Assembly: GCA_013387205.1 (NCBI GenBank)
Contig: WARV01000019.1
Location: 3,642 to 67,641 of the forward strand
Length of the DNA stretch: 64,000 nucleotides
Reading direction: 5' to 3'
Source: Patescibacteria group bacterium
GTDB taxonomy: Bacteria > Patescibacteriota > Doudnabacteria > UBA920
A program made the position numbers and the translations under genes. Below are positions 7,702 through 16,911 of this stretch, piece after piece (within the stretch, counting starts at the first letter, position 1; the number at the start of each line of letters is the position of its first letter). Below the pieces are notes generated by a model. That model was not told the DNA's origin, did not search any database, and worked only from the letters and a program-made list of their open reading frames with translations.

Positions 7702-8883
7702 TTATAATATTTTTACAAACTTTCTTTTTCCAACCTGCAAGAGCAGGTTGTTTTTTTGCCCAATGTCCATCTTTTGTTCGTCTGCCGCCTGCTGGTTAAT
7801 TTTAACTCCTTTTTGGGCGATTAACCTTCTGGCTTCTGTTTTGCTGCCAGCTAATCCTGCTATAAAAACCAGTTCCGACAGCTGGTACTGCCCGGGTTTA
7901 ATTTTCATACTGGGGATTTCGGAAGGAAGCTCTCCTTTGGAAAACTGAGAAATAAAAGCCTGCTTGGCTTCTTCCGCTTTTTTATCCCCGTGATATAAAG
8001 CGGTAATGGCAAAAGCTAAGGCTATTTTTTGGTCCCTGGGATTCGGCAATTTCATAATTTTGCCGATTTCTTCCGTTTCCAGCCTGGTAGCCATAATAAA
8101 ATATTTTTCAATCAAGCTGTCATGTACAGACATGACTTTTCCGAACATATCCTTGTGCTCGTCCATGATATTTATGACATTGCCCCAGGAAGAGGACATC
8201 TTCCTGCCATCAGTTCCTTCTAAAAGCTTTGTTGTGATGATATCCTGCGGCTGCTGCCCGTAATTCGGCTGAATAGTTCTGCCAGCGAGCAAATTAAAGC
8301 GCTGGTCCGTGCCGCCAATTTCTACATCCGCCTTAACCGCCACGCTGTCATAGCCCTGCATCAACGGATAAAGCAGCTCGCGCAGGCTCACTCTTTTTCC
8401 CGCTTTGAGCCTTTTGGCAATGTTTTCCCTGGCTTCAAACTCGTGCAGTCCGAACAAGTCAGCCAACTTGCCGATTTCATGGAAGCCTAATTTTTTCAGC
8501 CACTTGGAATTATAATATGTCTCGGTTTTGCTTTTATCCAAAATTTTCAAAGCCTGGGAAAAATACGTTTTCAAATTGGCTTTCACCTGGGCTTCGGTCT
8601 GCATCGGCCTTTCTGCTTCTTTGTCCGAAGTATCGCCTATAAGTCCCGTAAAATCTCCGACAATAAACACCACCTTGTGGCCCATCTCCTGGAAAGCCTT
8701 AAGCTTCCACAAAACCACCGCCCTGCCAATATGGATATTCGGGCTGGTAGGGTCTATCCCAAGTTTTATTCGCAACTTTTTTCCGGAATTCAGCAAGGAC
8801 TCCAAATGCTCCCTGTCAATCACTTCTTCCACTCCTCGCGTTAAAAGTTCGTTAATTTTCGCCTGGTTTTTAGAAACGTTCAT
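7702..8883 (-). CDS. tyrS: Tyrosine--tRNA ligase
   Basis: GIDPT..HIGR, YPLMQGYD, GGTDQ, KMSSS, C-terminal S4 domain. Confidence 0.97.
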   Translation of the reverse strand: MNVSKNQAKINELLTRGVEEVIDREHLESLLNSGKKLRIKLGIDPTSPNIHIGRAVVLWKLKAFQEMGHKVVFIVGDFTGLIGDTSDKEAERPMQTEAQVKANLKTYFSQALKILDKSKTETYYNSKWLKKLGFHEIGKLADLFGLHEFEARENIAKRLKAGKRVSLRELLYPLMQGYDSVAVKADVEIGGTDQRFNLLAGRTIQPNYGQQPQDIITTKLLEGTDGRKMSSSWGNVINIMDEHKDMFGKVMSVHDSLIEKYFIMATRLETEEIGKIMKLPNPRDQKIALAFAITALYHGDKKAEEAKQAFISQFSKGELPSEIPSMKIKPGQYQLSELVFIAGLAGSKTEARRLIAQKGVKINQQAADEQKMDIGQKNNLLLQVGKRKFVKIL

Positions 8884-9210
8884 AAATATGGCTGTTTTTT
8901 AAGTAAGAAGTAGTCTTGAAAAGCTGCTTTTCAGGCGATATTCCAGAATTTTGTGCCAAGATGCCAAAAATCTGGAATTGCAGCCAAAATGAGGTTTTGA
9001 GATTACTTCTAAAGCAACAGTGCTTACTGTTACCAAAAAATTACAATTTCGTCTTTTATATTATAGCACTTTTACTGTTGCGCCAGAATAATAACAACAA
9101 AAATTCGCTTATTTGCAAATTTTTTGAGGGGGTTTATCTATCCGGCTAAAAAAGCTATAATTAAATAGCAGTTTCTTATTATCAAACGTGTTTTTGTTAA
9201 TCCATAAACA

Positions 9211-12078
9211 ATGAAAATTTATAGCTACCAAAACAAGAATTCAACAGAAAGAAAACCTCCGGCAAAAAAAATTGGAAAATTCTGGAAAAAAATTGATGCA
9301 AAAACTTTTTTCACCTGGCTTTTTCGCTTGACAGCGCTTGGTGTTATTTTAATTGCCATTCTTTTTATTTACTACAGTAAAGACTTGCCTGATCCGAACA
9401 AGCTGATGGAGCGGAACGTGGTGGAGTCTACGAAAATTTTTGCCCGCGACAACTCGCTGCTTTACGAAATCCACGGCGAAACCAAACGCACCATGGTCAA
9501 TTTGGACCAGATAAACGACAACGTCAAACACGCCACAGTTGCGGTTGAAGACAAAAATTTTTACAGGCATGGCGGTATCTCCATAACCGGAATCGCCAGG
9601 GCGGTAATTGTCGACGTGCTGACCGGCAAAAAAAGCCAAGGCGGCAGCACCATTACCCAGCAATTCGTAAAAAACGCGATTCTATCGCGCGATAAATCTT
9701 TCGACAGGAAAATCCGCGAGGTAATTTTAGCCATGGCCATTGAAGCCAGGTTTTCCAAAGATGACATATTAAAACTTTATTTAAACGAGATCCCTTATGG
9801 CCGCAACGCTTACGGAATAGAAGCGGCCAGCCAATCCTATTTTGGCAAATCAGCTAAAGATTTAGATTTAGCCGAAAGCGCGTACCTGGCTTCCATCCCG
9901 CAAGCCCCAACTTACTACAACCCGTTTGGACCAAACCGCGCTGCTTTGGACAAAAGGAAAAATTTTGTTTTGCAGCAGATGAGGGAACAGGGATATATTA
10001 CCGCTGACCAGGAAAAAACCGCTGCCGCTGAAGAAGTGCAGTTTGAAAAAATCAAGACGGCAATAACCGCGCCGCACTTTGTCATGATGGTCCAGGATTA
10101 CCTGGCTCAAAAATACGGTGAAAAAACTTTGGAAGAAGGCGGACTGAAGGTGTATACAACCCTTGATCCGCGTTTACAGGAAATTGCGGAGCGAGCGGTA
10201 AAAGAGGGCGTGGACAAAGAAAGCACAAAATACAACGCAAACAACGCAGCTTTGGTAGCGATAGACCCAAAAACCGGCCAAATACTTGCCATGGTGGGCA
10301 GTAAAGATTATTTCGGCGAGCCCAGTCCGGCCGGTTGCACTCCCGGAAAAAATTGCTTGTTTGAACCAAATGTCAACGTGGCTTTATCCCAGCGCCAGCC
10401 GGGAAGCAGCTTTAAGCCTTACGTGTATGTCACAGCTTTTAAACCGGAATTCAAATACAGCCCGGCGAGTATGCTAATAGACGTAACCACAAATTTTGGC
10501 ACCTACGGCGGCAAAGATTACATCCCGCACAACTACAGCGGAACCAGTTACGGAGCCGTTTCCATGAGACAAGCCTTGGCCGGCAGCCTTAACGTGCCTG
10601 CGGTAAAAACTTTGGCCTTGGTTGGAGTGGATAACGCTGTCCAAACTGCCAGGAATTTAGGAATTACCAGCCCCTTGTCCGACTGCGGACTGTCTTTGGT
10701 TTTGGGCGGATGCGAAGTCAGGCTACTTGACCACGTTGCGGCTTTTAGCGCCATTGCCAATGAAGGTGTAAAAAATGCAGAAACTCCGATATTAAAAATT
10801 GAAGACCGCGGCGGTAATGTTTTGGAAGAATTCAAAGATGACCCCAAGCAAGTTTTAGACCCGCAGGCTGCTTACGAACTTATCAGCATTATGACTGATA
10901 ATAACGCCAGAAGCTTTGTTTTTGGCTCCAAATCACCGTTAATCTTGCCGGATAGGGTTGTGGCGGCAAAAACCGGCACCACCCAAAACTGGCACGACGG
11001 CTGGACAATTGGCTTTACTCCCAGCTTGACTGCCGGCGTCTGGGCAGGAAACAACGACGGTACGCTGCTGAAAAAAGGAGCGGACGGCGTTTTTGTCGCA
11101 GCTCCCATTTGGAACGCGTTTATGCAAGAAGCTTTGAAAAATACGCCGGCCGAAGATTTCAAAATTCCTGATGGAATACAAAATGTCACGGTAGATTCCG
11201 TTTCCGGAAAACTGCCAACAGACGTCACCCCATCGACCAAGACAGAAGTATTTGCCGACTATTCCGCGCCGACCGATTACGACAATGTCCATGTCAAAGT
11301 CGCCATAGACAGCACCACCGGACAGCCGGCAACTTCCTTAACCCCGCCGGATAAAATCACTTACCAAGTTTATACGGTCTATCACAGCGAAAAGAGAGAT
11401 AACCCCAACTGGGAAAGCCCGGTGGTAGCGTGGGCGCAGTCGCAAGGATATAGTTATCCTCCGAATGACAGCATCCAAATAACCGGCCAGGGCAATAACA
11501 ATAATACCACAAACAACAACGGCGAATTTTACGTTAACATAGTCGAACCCAACGATAACGCGACCATCTCGCGCCTGCCTTTTAGGCTGACTGCCTCTGC
11601 TGTGTCGGCAAACCAGATTTCCCGCATGGATTTATACATTGACGGGCAATTTGCATTAAGCACCCAATCCAACCCGCACACTTTTGACATTTACCAAAAC
11701 CTAAGCGACGGACTGCACACTTTTGCCATTAAAGCGGTGGATACGCAAGGTTCTTCTACAGACACTTCCGTTACTGTAAATTATTCCTTATCCACGCCAA
11801 TAAACATGGTCGAGCCGCAATCACAAAGCGCGCTTTCATTCCCTCAAAGCCTGATTGCCGAAAGCAGTAATTTTTACAACCAGGTAAATTTTTACTACCA
11901 AAACGATAAGGGTACGATAAAACTGATTGGCACGGCTTCCAACATCAACAGGCTTGGCGACAAATACCAATTTTCTTTCGATTGGGTTTTAGGTAGCTTG
12001 CCCAAGGGAACTTATAAAATTTACGCGCAAACCGACACTGGCGCCGTCACACCAAAAATAAAAGTGATTATACCTTAA
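9211..12078 (+). CDS. Class A penicillin-binding protein (1A family) with C-terminal Ig-like domains
   Basis: EDKNFY, GGSTITQQ, RKIRE transglycosylase motifs; SSFK, SLN, KTGT transpeptidase motifs. Confidence 0.95.
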   Translation: MKIYSYQNKNSTERKPPAKKIGKFWKKIDAKTFFTWLFRLTALGVILIAILFIYYSKDLPDPNKLMERNVVESTKIFARDNSLLYEIHGETKRTMVNLDQINDNVKHATVAVEDKNFYRHGGISITGIARAVIVDVLTGKKSQGGSTITQQFVKNAILSRDKSFDRKIREVILAMAIEARFSKDDILKLYLNEIPYGRNAYGIEAASQSYFGKSAKDLDLAESAYLASIPQAPTYYNPFGPNRAALDKRKNFVLQQMREQGYITADQEKTAAAEEVQFEKIKTAITAPHFVMMVQDYLAQKYGEKTLEEGGLKVYTTLDPRLQEIAERAVKEGVDKESTKYNANNAALVAIDPKTGQILAMVGSKDYFGEPSPAGCTPGKNCLFEPNVNVALSQRQPGSSFKPYVYVTAFKPEFKYSPASMLIDVTTNFGTYGGKDYIPHNYSGTSYGAVSMRQALAGSLNVPAVKTLALVGVDNAVQTARNLGITSPLSDCGLSLVLGGCEVRLLDHVAAFSAIANEGVKNAETPILKIEDRGGNVLEEFKDDPKQVLDPQAAYELISIMTDNNARSFVFGSKSPLILPDRVVAAKTGTTQNWHDGWTIGFTPSLTAGVWAGNNDGTLLKKGADGVFVAAPIWNAFMQEALKNTPAEDFKIPDGIQNVTVDSVSGKLPTDVTPSTKTEVFADYSAPTDYDNVHVKVAIDSTTGQPATSLTPPDKITYQVYTVYHSEKRDNPNWESPVVAWAQSQGYSYPPNDSIQITGQGNNNNTTNNNGEFYVNIVEPNDNATISRLPFRLTASAVSANQISRMDLYIDGQFALSTQSNPHTFDIYQNLSDGLHTFAIKAVDTQGSSTDTSVTVNYSLSTPINMVEPQSQSALSFPQSLIAESSNFYNQVNFYYQNDKGTIKLIGTASNINRLGDKYQFSFDWVLGSLPKGTYKIYAQTDTGAVTPKIKVIIP

Positions 12079-12117
12079 TTTATACATAGAATAATCATTC
12101 TGAGCGACCGTAAAATA

Positions 12118-12248
12118 AATTCCTAATTCCTAATTCTCAAGCTCTAAACAATTTCTAATTTCCCAATTTCTTAATTTCAAATAATTTAGGCATTGGGTCA
12201 TTGGGATTTATTTAAAATAATTAGGTTAATTAAAAATTAGGTTAATTT
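12118..12248 (+). repeat. Family E AT-rich tandem-inverted element (CCTAATT units), copy 1 (others 46811-46930, 54874-55082, 60333-60575)
   Basis: Shared cctaatt/aattagg and aaaccccaat/attggg blocks. Confidence 0.75.
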
Positions 12249-12255
12249 TATATTA

Positions 12256-13650
12256 ATGCCCTATCTTCTCGCTCTCACTCTTCTCCTCACCCCAGCCTAC
12301 GCTATTAGGTTAAGTCTTTTTGGCCTTCCAACCAACTTTTTTATGGTTTGGGTATTTTTGTTCTGGATAATATTCTTTGCTTACTTAATAGCAAAAAAAC
12401 GTGTGTTAATATTTTTAACGGCCGTTAAAAATATTGATAAAAAAGTTTTAATTTTAACATCTTTATTTTTACTGTCGGGATTAATTTCTTTGTCTGCCAA
12501 AGGAATTGCCCAGAAAAAAATCGGCCAGTTTATTGTCTTATTCTTGCAGCCGATAAGCATATTTTTAATTTCAATTTTCATCATCAAGCAGCAACCCAAG
12601 ACAAAATCCTTACTGCTTGCCACATGCTACTTGCTACTAGCCGCAAGCGGCCTGTATGCCATTTTCCAATATTTCACTCTTGTAGGACTGCCACCAGAAT
12701 GGTGGGGAAACAGCGTTGAGCCTAAGAGAGCAATAAGTTTTTTCAGCCACCCAAACTTTTATGCTCTTTTCACCGCACCTCTTTTGGCATTATTGATTCC
12801 GCATTTGTCCGGCGTCATTCTGAGCCGAAATGCATCCGCCAGTTCGACAAGCTCATGGCGCCCTGAGCAAAGTCGAATGGGCGACGGCGAAGAATCTCAA
12901 GCCAAGAAAGAGATCCTTTGCTCCGCTTCCCCCTCAGCTAAAACTACCGGGGACAAGCAGGATGACGCCAAATTTAAATACTTATTTCTGATTAGCTGGT
13001 CGGTCGGCGCTATCGGCCTGCTCTTGTCCATGTCGCGCGCCGGATGGCTTGGCCTGGCCGCTGCAATTGCGGTTTATGCTTTTGTGGCAGCAGATAAAGA
13101 AATCAGGAAGATAGTAATAGGAGCGGCCGCAATTCTTTTTATAATAGTCGCTATTGTCCCTAACTTGCGCTACAGAGTAACTTTGCCATTTTACGGGGAA
13201 AAGTCTACAGTCTCGCGCCTGTCTTTATGGAATACAGGAATTAAAGGAATAAAAGAATCGCCAATAACCGGCCTTGGCTTAACCGGCTTTGCCAACAACT
13301 GGCAAAAATTAAATACCGATCCAAACTTAGATACCCATAACTTTCCGCATAATATCTTTTTGGATCTTTGGGTGGAAACAGGAATCTTAGGACTTATAAG
13401 CCTTATAGGACTAATAGGACTAATAATCTACCGCGGCCTGCGGCATTCTCTCCTCCTGTCCCAGGAGGAGTACCCAGCTTCGCTGGGGGAGGTGGTAGAA
13501 GTTAAGGATAAAGGATTAAAAATTAAAGATTTACCTCTTGCCGTCTCCCTTTTCCTCATCGCCCTAATTTTCCAAGGCCTCATCGACAACCCGTACTTCA
13601 AAAATGACCTGGCGATGGTGTTTTGGATAATACTTTCTTTGGCAGTTTAA
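12256..13650 (+). CDS. O-antigen ligase / Wzy_C family polymerase with in-frame repeat insertions
   Basis: Multi-TM; HPNFYA, SRAGWLG, HNIFLDLWVETG motifs. Confidence 0.85.
   Translation: MPYLLALTLLLTPAYAIRLSLFGLPTNFFMVWVFLFWIIFFAYLIAKKRVLIFLTAVKNIDKKVLILTSLFLLSGLISLSAKGIAQKKIGQFIVLFLQPISIFLISIFIIKQQPKTKSLLLATCYLLLAASGLYAIFQYFTLVGLPPEWWGNSVEPKRAISFFSHPNFYALFTAPLLALLIPHLSGVILSRNASASSTSSWRPEQSRMGDGEESQAKKEILCSASPSAKTTGDKQDDAKFKYLFLISWSVGAIGLLLSMSRAGWLGLAAAIAVYAFVAADKEIRKIVIGAAAILFIIVAIVPNLRYRVTLPFYGEKSTVSRLSLWNTGIKGIKESPITGLGLTGFANNWQKLNTDPNLDTHNFPHNIFLDLWVETGILGLISLIGLIGLIIYRGLRHSLLLSQEEYPASLGEVVEVKDKGLKIKDLPLAVSLFLIALIFQGLIDNPYFKNDLAMVFWIILSLAV
12811..12969 (+). repeat. Nested palindromic element translated in frame (159 bp, 53 codons)
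   Basis: ggcgtcattctgagc...gaagaatct...agatcctt...caggatgacgcc with two internal sub-elements. Confidence 0.9.
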
Positions 13651-13656
13651 AGACTA

Positions 13657-13682
13657 CACTTTTTCACGGCCGTGAAAAAGTG
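13657..13682. repeat. ACGGCCGT-centred perfect palindrome (26 bp)
   Basis: cactttttcacgg|ccgtgaaaaagtg. Confidence 0.9.
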
Positions 13683-13744
13683 CGGTATTATCTGCAAAAT
13701 AAATAGGACGGTAGATTTTTAAATAACATTAATCAACTCTTAAA

Positions 13745-14473
13745 ATGCTACGAAATAAAACAATTTTCATTACTGGATCATCTAGGGGGATTGGAGCGGC
13801 AACTGCTAGGCTTGCAAAACAATACGGCGCTAAAGTAATCTTGCATGGGAAGGATAAAAGTGAAAGTTTGGAAAAGTTGGCACAAGAATTAGGAACTAAA
13901 TATTATCCATGTGACGTAATTGACTCGAAAATGGTGCAACAGACGGTTAATAATGCTATTGGAGATTACGGAAAAATCGATGCCTTAATCAACTGTGCTG
14001 GCATTGCACTACGGACAACCATTATGGATAATTCCGACGAACCCTGGCTAGATATGTTTAAAATCAACATATTAGGAACTTTGCATTTTTGCCAAGCAGT
14101 TTTCCCCCACATGCAAAAAGCGGGAAGTGGCCGTATAGTAAACACATCTTCCATTCGAGGCTTTACTGCAACCGCTGGCAAACCTGCTTATTCCGTATCA
14201 AAAGCAGGAATCGTCAACCTTACCGCAACCATGGCTAAAGAGTTTGCTCCATTCATTACGGTTAACGCTGTCGCCCCAGGTTTTACCGAAACGGATATGA
14301 GCAAAACCTGGGATGAACCAACACGAAAATTAGCAGAAAGTTGCTTGCTTAAAAGGACGGCGGATCCTAAAGAAATAGCCGAAGCATTGCTGTTTTTAGC
14401 TAGCGATAGAGCGAGTTTTATCACAGGACAAACATTTTTAGTTGACGGTGGTTATAGTATTTCAAACAAATAA
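13745..14473 (+). CDS. SDR family oxidoreductase (FabG-like)
   Basis: TGSSRGIG, NCAG, YSVSK, VNAVAPG. Confidence 0.92.
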   Translation: MLRNKTIFITGSSRGIGAATARLAKQYGAKVILHGKDKSESLEKLAQELGTKYYPCDVIDSKMVQQTVNNAIGDYGKIDALINCAGIALRTTIMDNSDEPWLDMFKINILGTLHFCQAVFPHMQKAGSGRIVNTSSIRGFTATAGKPAYSVSKAGIVNLTATMAKEFAPFITVNAVAPGFTETDMSKTWDEPTRKLAESCLLKRTADPKEIAEALLFLASDRASFITGQTFLVDGGYSISNK

Positions 14474-14523
14474 ATAACAGACTATAAAACCGCCCGTTTT
14501 GGGCGGTTTTTTATTTATAGATA

Positions 14524-14994
14524 CTATTTCTTGAGTTTTATTATTATTTTGCGGTGGGGTTCTTGGCCGATGCTTTCGGTGTAAACTTCCGGGCTGTGTT
14601 CCTGTAAATAAGCATGGACAAACCTGCGTTCGTAATTGGGCATTGGCTCTAAAGCCACCGGGCGGCCAGTGCGTTTTATCTGTTCCACCGCGCCTTTGGC
14701 GGTTTCTTTCAAAAACCATTCCCTTTTCCTTTTATAATCATCCACGTCAACAGTAAACCAGAAAGGTTCTGCAGATTGCAATTTCTTAGCAGCTAGGGCT
14801 TGGATTAATATCTGCAAAGAATGCAAAGTCGCGCCCTGCCGGCCAATAAGCAAATAAGAATCCTGGGAACTGATGTTAAAAATTAACCCCTTTGTAATAC
14901 TCTCCTCAAACTCCACACTGGCTTTAATCCCGCACTTATCCAGCAGCTCAATAATAATATTTTTTACTGTCTCGATTTTTTCGTAATCAGTCAT
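14524..14994 (-). CDS. jag: Jag/KhpB RNA-binding protein (KH + R3H, no Jag_N domain)
   Basis: LIGRQGATLHSLQ KH motif, ERRFVH R3H motif, position after yidC. Confidence 0.9.
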   Translation of the reverse strand: MTDYEKIETVKNIIIELLDKCGIKASVEFEESITKGLIFNISSQDSYLLIGRQGATLHSLQILIQALAAKKLQSAEPFWFTVDVDDYKRKREWFLKETAKGAVEQIKRTGRPVALEPMPNYERRFVHAYLQEHSPEVYTESIGQEPHRKIIIKLKK

Positions 14995-15058
14995 AACGTT
15001 AGAATTAAGAATTATGAATTAAGAATTATGAATTTTCATAATTCCTGATTCCTGCTTC

Positions 15059-15763
15059 CTAATTAGCAGGAGCGGACTGTTTGCGCATAATGTAATATTG
15101 CTGGGCGATGGCAAAAAGGGTGGTTACTATCCAGTATAAAGGAAGACCGGCCGGAAGCCTTATGGCTACAATTATACTAACGACTGGCAAAACATAAGTA
15201 GTTTGCAGGCTCATGGCTTTAGCCGTAGCATCCTGCTGCTGGCTGGCTTTTGGCATCATCATCTTTGACTGCCAGAATTGCGCCAAACCGGCCAAAACCC
15301 CTAAAACAATGCTAGGCTTGGCAAGGTTGATAAGGTTTAAAAAGTAAGGATCAATTGATCCGGGGTTATGGACAAAATTATACAAACCATTTAAGTTTCC
15401 TGCCAAAGCTTTATTAAAAACCTGGTAAAGAGCGATTAAAATCGGCAACTGGATCAGCAAAGGCAAGCAAGAAGACAGGGGATTAATTTTATATTCCCGG
15501 TATAAATCCATCATGGCCCTGGCCTGGCCTTCTTTGTCGTCTTTGTATTTTTCCCTGAGTTCGTTAAGCTTCGGCTGCAAATCGTTCATAGCCTTTTGGC
15601 TTTTAAGCGACTTGTGAAAGCTTGGAGCTAAAATGAGCCTGATAAGAATAGTTAGCAAAATAATCACAACTCCAATGTCATGCCCAGGAAGAATGTTGTA
15701 AAACATCACCAGCAAGTTCAGTAGAGGCCTGTAAATAATATCGTAATAAATAAAATGAAGCAT
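15059..15763 (-). CDS. yidC: Membrane protein insertase YidC
   Basis: INPLSSCLPLLIQLP, PAGLPLYW. Confidence 0.95.
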   Translation of the reverse strand: MLHFIYYDIIYRPLLNLLVMFYNILPGHDIGVVIILLTILIRLILAPSFHKSLKSQKAMNDLQPKLNELREKYKDDKEGQARAMMDLYREYKINPLSSCLPLLIQLPILIALYQVFNKALAGNLNGLYNFVHNPGSIDPYFLNLINLAKPSIVLGVLAGLAQFWQSKMMMPKASQQQDATAKAMSLQTTYVLPVVSIIVAIRLPAGLPLYWIVTTLFAIAQQYYIMRKQSAPAN

Positions 15764-15786
15764 TAATTAATATGTTAATTTTATAT

Positions 15787-16062
15787 TTACTTGTTAGGGA
15801 CCAAGTCCACTCGCGGCTGAGCCCAAGGATTACATCTTGCAATTCTCTTGCCAGCTAAAAGACCGCCTTTTATCACACCATGTTTTTCTATGGCTTGTTT
15901 GCCGTATTCACTGCAAGAAGGATAATACTGGCAATAACCGTATGGATACCTGGCTTTAAACCAGCCGTGGTCAGGGGAAAGGGTTGCCTGGTAAAAACGG
16001 ATCAATAAAATTATTGACCTTTTAGGCAAGTTAACAATTATTTTATAAAACTTATTATCCAT
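15787..16062 (-). CDS. yidD: Membrane protein insertion efficiency factor
   Basis: CQYYPSCSEY, RIARCNPW. Confidence 0.95.
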   Translation of the reverse strand: MDNKFYKIIVNLPKRSIILLIRFYQATLSPDHGWFKARYPYGYCQYYPSCSEYGKQAIEKHGVIKGGLLAGKRIARCNPWAQPRVDLVPNK

Positions 16063-16080
16063 ACTGGTATTATAACATTT

Positions 16081-16419
16081 TTAGATGCTAAATAACCGTG
16101 TCTTTTGGCCTAATTCTTTAAATTTTTCAACCAATTCTTTGTTTGGAAGCTTAGCAGCCTGCGGTTTTACCACAACCGCGTAGTCCCCAGGATGAAAAAT
16201 GCCTAAATTAAGCCTAATTGTTTCCCTTAACACCCTTTTCATCCTGTTTCTCTCAACTGCTTTTTTGGACACCTTTGTTGACACTACTACTGTAAAACGG
16301 ACACCTTCCGGCTTTTTCAGGTATTTAACAGTGAAATAAGGGTTAAAAAAAGGCCGTCCCCGCATGAAGACCAATTCAACATCTTTGGTTTTAGCGAGAC
16401 GGTTAGTTTTTTTAAACAT
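16081..16419 (-). CDS. rnpA: RNase P protein component
   Basis: KVSKKAVERNRMKR RNR motif. Confidence 0.95.
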   Translation of the reverse strand: MFKKTNRLAKTKDVELVFMRGRPFFNPYFTVKYLKKPEGVRFTVVVSTKVSKKAVERNRMKRVLRETIRLNLGIFHPGDYAVVVKPQAAKLPNKELVEKFKELGQKTRLFSI

Positions 16420-16462
16420 AAATGATAATGGCGGCTGCGCAATTAAGGCAGCCGCCGCCTTT

Positions 16463-16600
16463 TTACACTACTGTTAATCTCTTGCGGCCCTTAGCTCTCC
16501 TGCTGGCCAGAACTTTTCTACCGGTTCTGGTTTGCATCCGCTTTAAGAACCCATGGCGTCTTTTTCTTCTTTTCACTTTTGGCTGGTATGTTCTCTTCAT
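16463..16600 (-). CDS. rpmH: 50S ribosomal protein L34 (45 aa, missing from ORF track)
   Basis: [45 protein letters not shown]. Confidence 0.97.
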   Translation of the reverse strand: MKRTYQPKVKRRKRRHGFLKRMQTRTGRKVLASRRAKGRKRLTVV

Positions 16601-16602
16601 TA

Positions 16603-16693
16603 TAAAATCCTAATGCCCCGAATCAGCATCCGAATGCCCCAAACAATTCCCTTTCGGGTCATTTGGGTAAGAATTCGGGTAATTCGGATTATA
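16603..16693 (-). repeat. Family A element, copy 2
   Basis: atcctaatgccccgaat...attcggattata. Confidence 0.9.
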
Positions 16694-16699
16694 CTTTTT

Positions 16700-16911
16700 A
16701 ATTTCTTGGTATATTATAAAGAAAAATAGAGGATTGGTCAATATTTCCCCTGACTTTTCTTTAATTTTCGCTAAGCACACTTTTTCCACAGCATATTCAC
16801 AGTATGTTAAAATTACCTTATAAACAAGCCTTAATTTTACTTGTTTACATGTTGATAACTCCCTGTTAAAATAAAAAAACACTGACAAACACAGATAAAA
16901 ACTAATTTTTT
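16700..16911. promoter_or_regulatory. oriC part 1 / dnaA promoter region with DnaA-box-like 9-mers
   Basis: TTTTCCACA 16782-16790, TGTTGATAA 16850-16858, between rpmH and dnaA. Confidence 0.65.

Noticed and set aside
7569-7799. Basic 76-aa ORF
   Set aside because: Crosses the terminator and overlaps tyrS; the alternative 34-aa frame stops cleanly before the terminator
8884-9068. T-box riboswitch upstream of tyrS
   Set aside because: No T-box consensus or terminator/antiterminator pair visible
16610-16888. 92-aa ORF, and similar N-terminal extensions at 22531-22653, 6892-6915 and 36697-36843
   Set aside because: They run through repeat elements or oriC; conserved protein starts lie downstream
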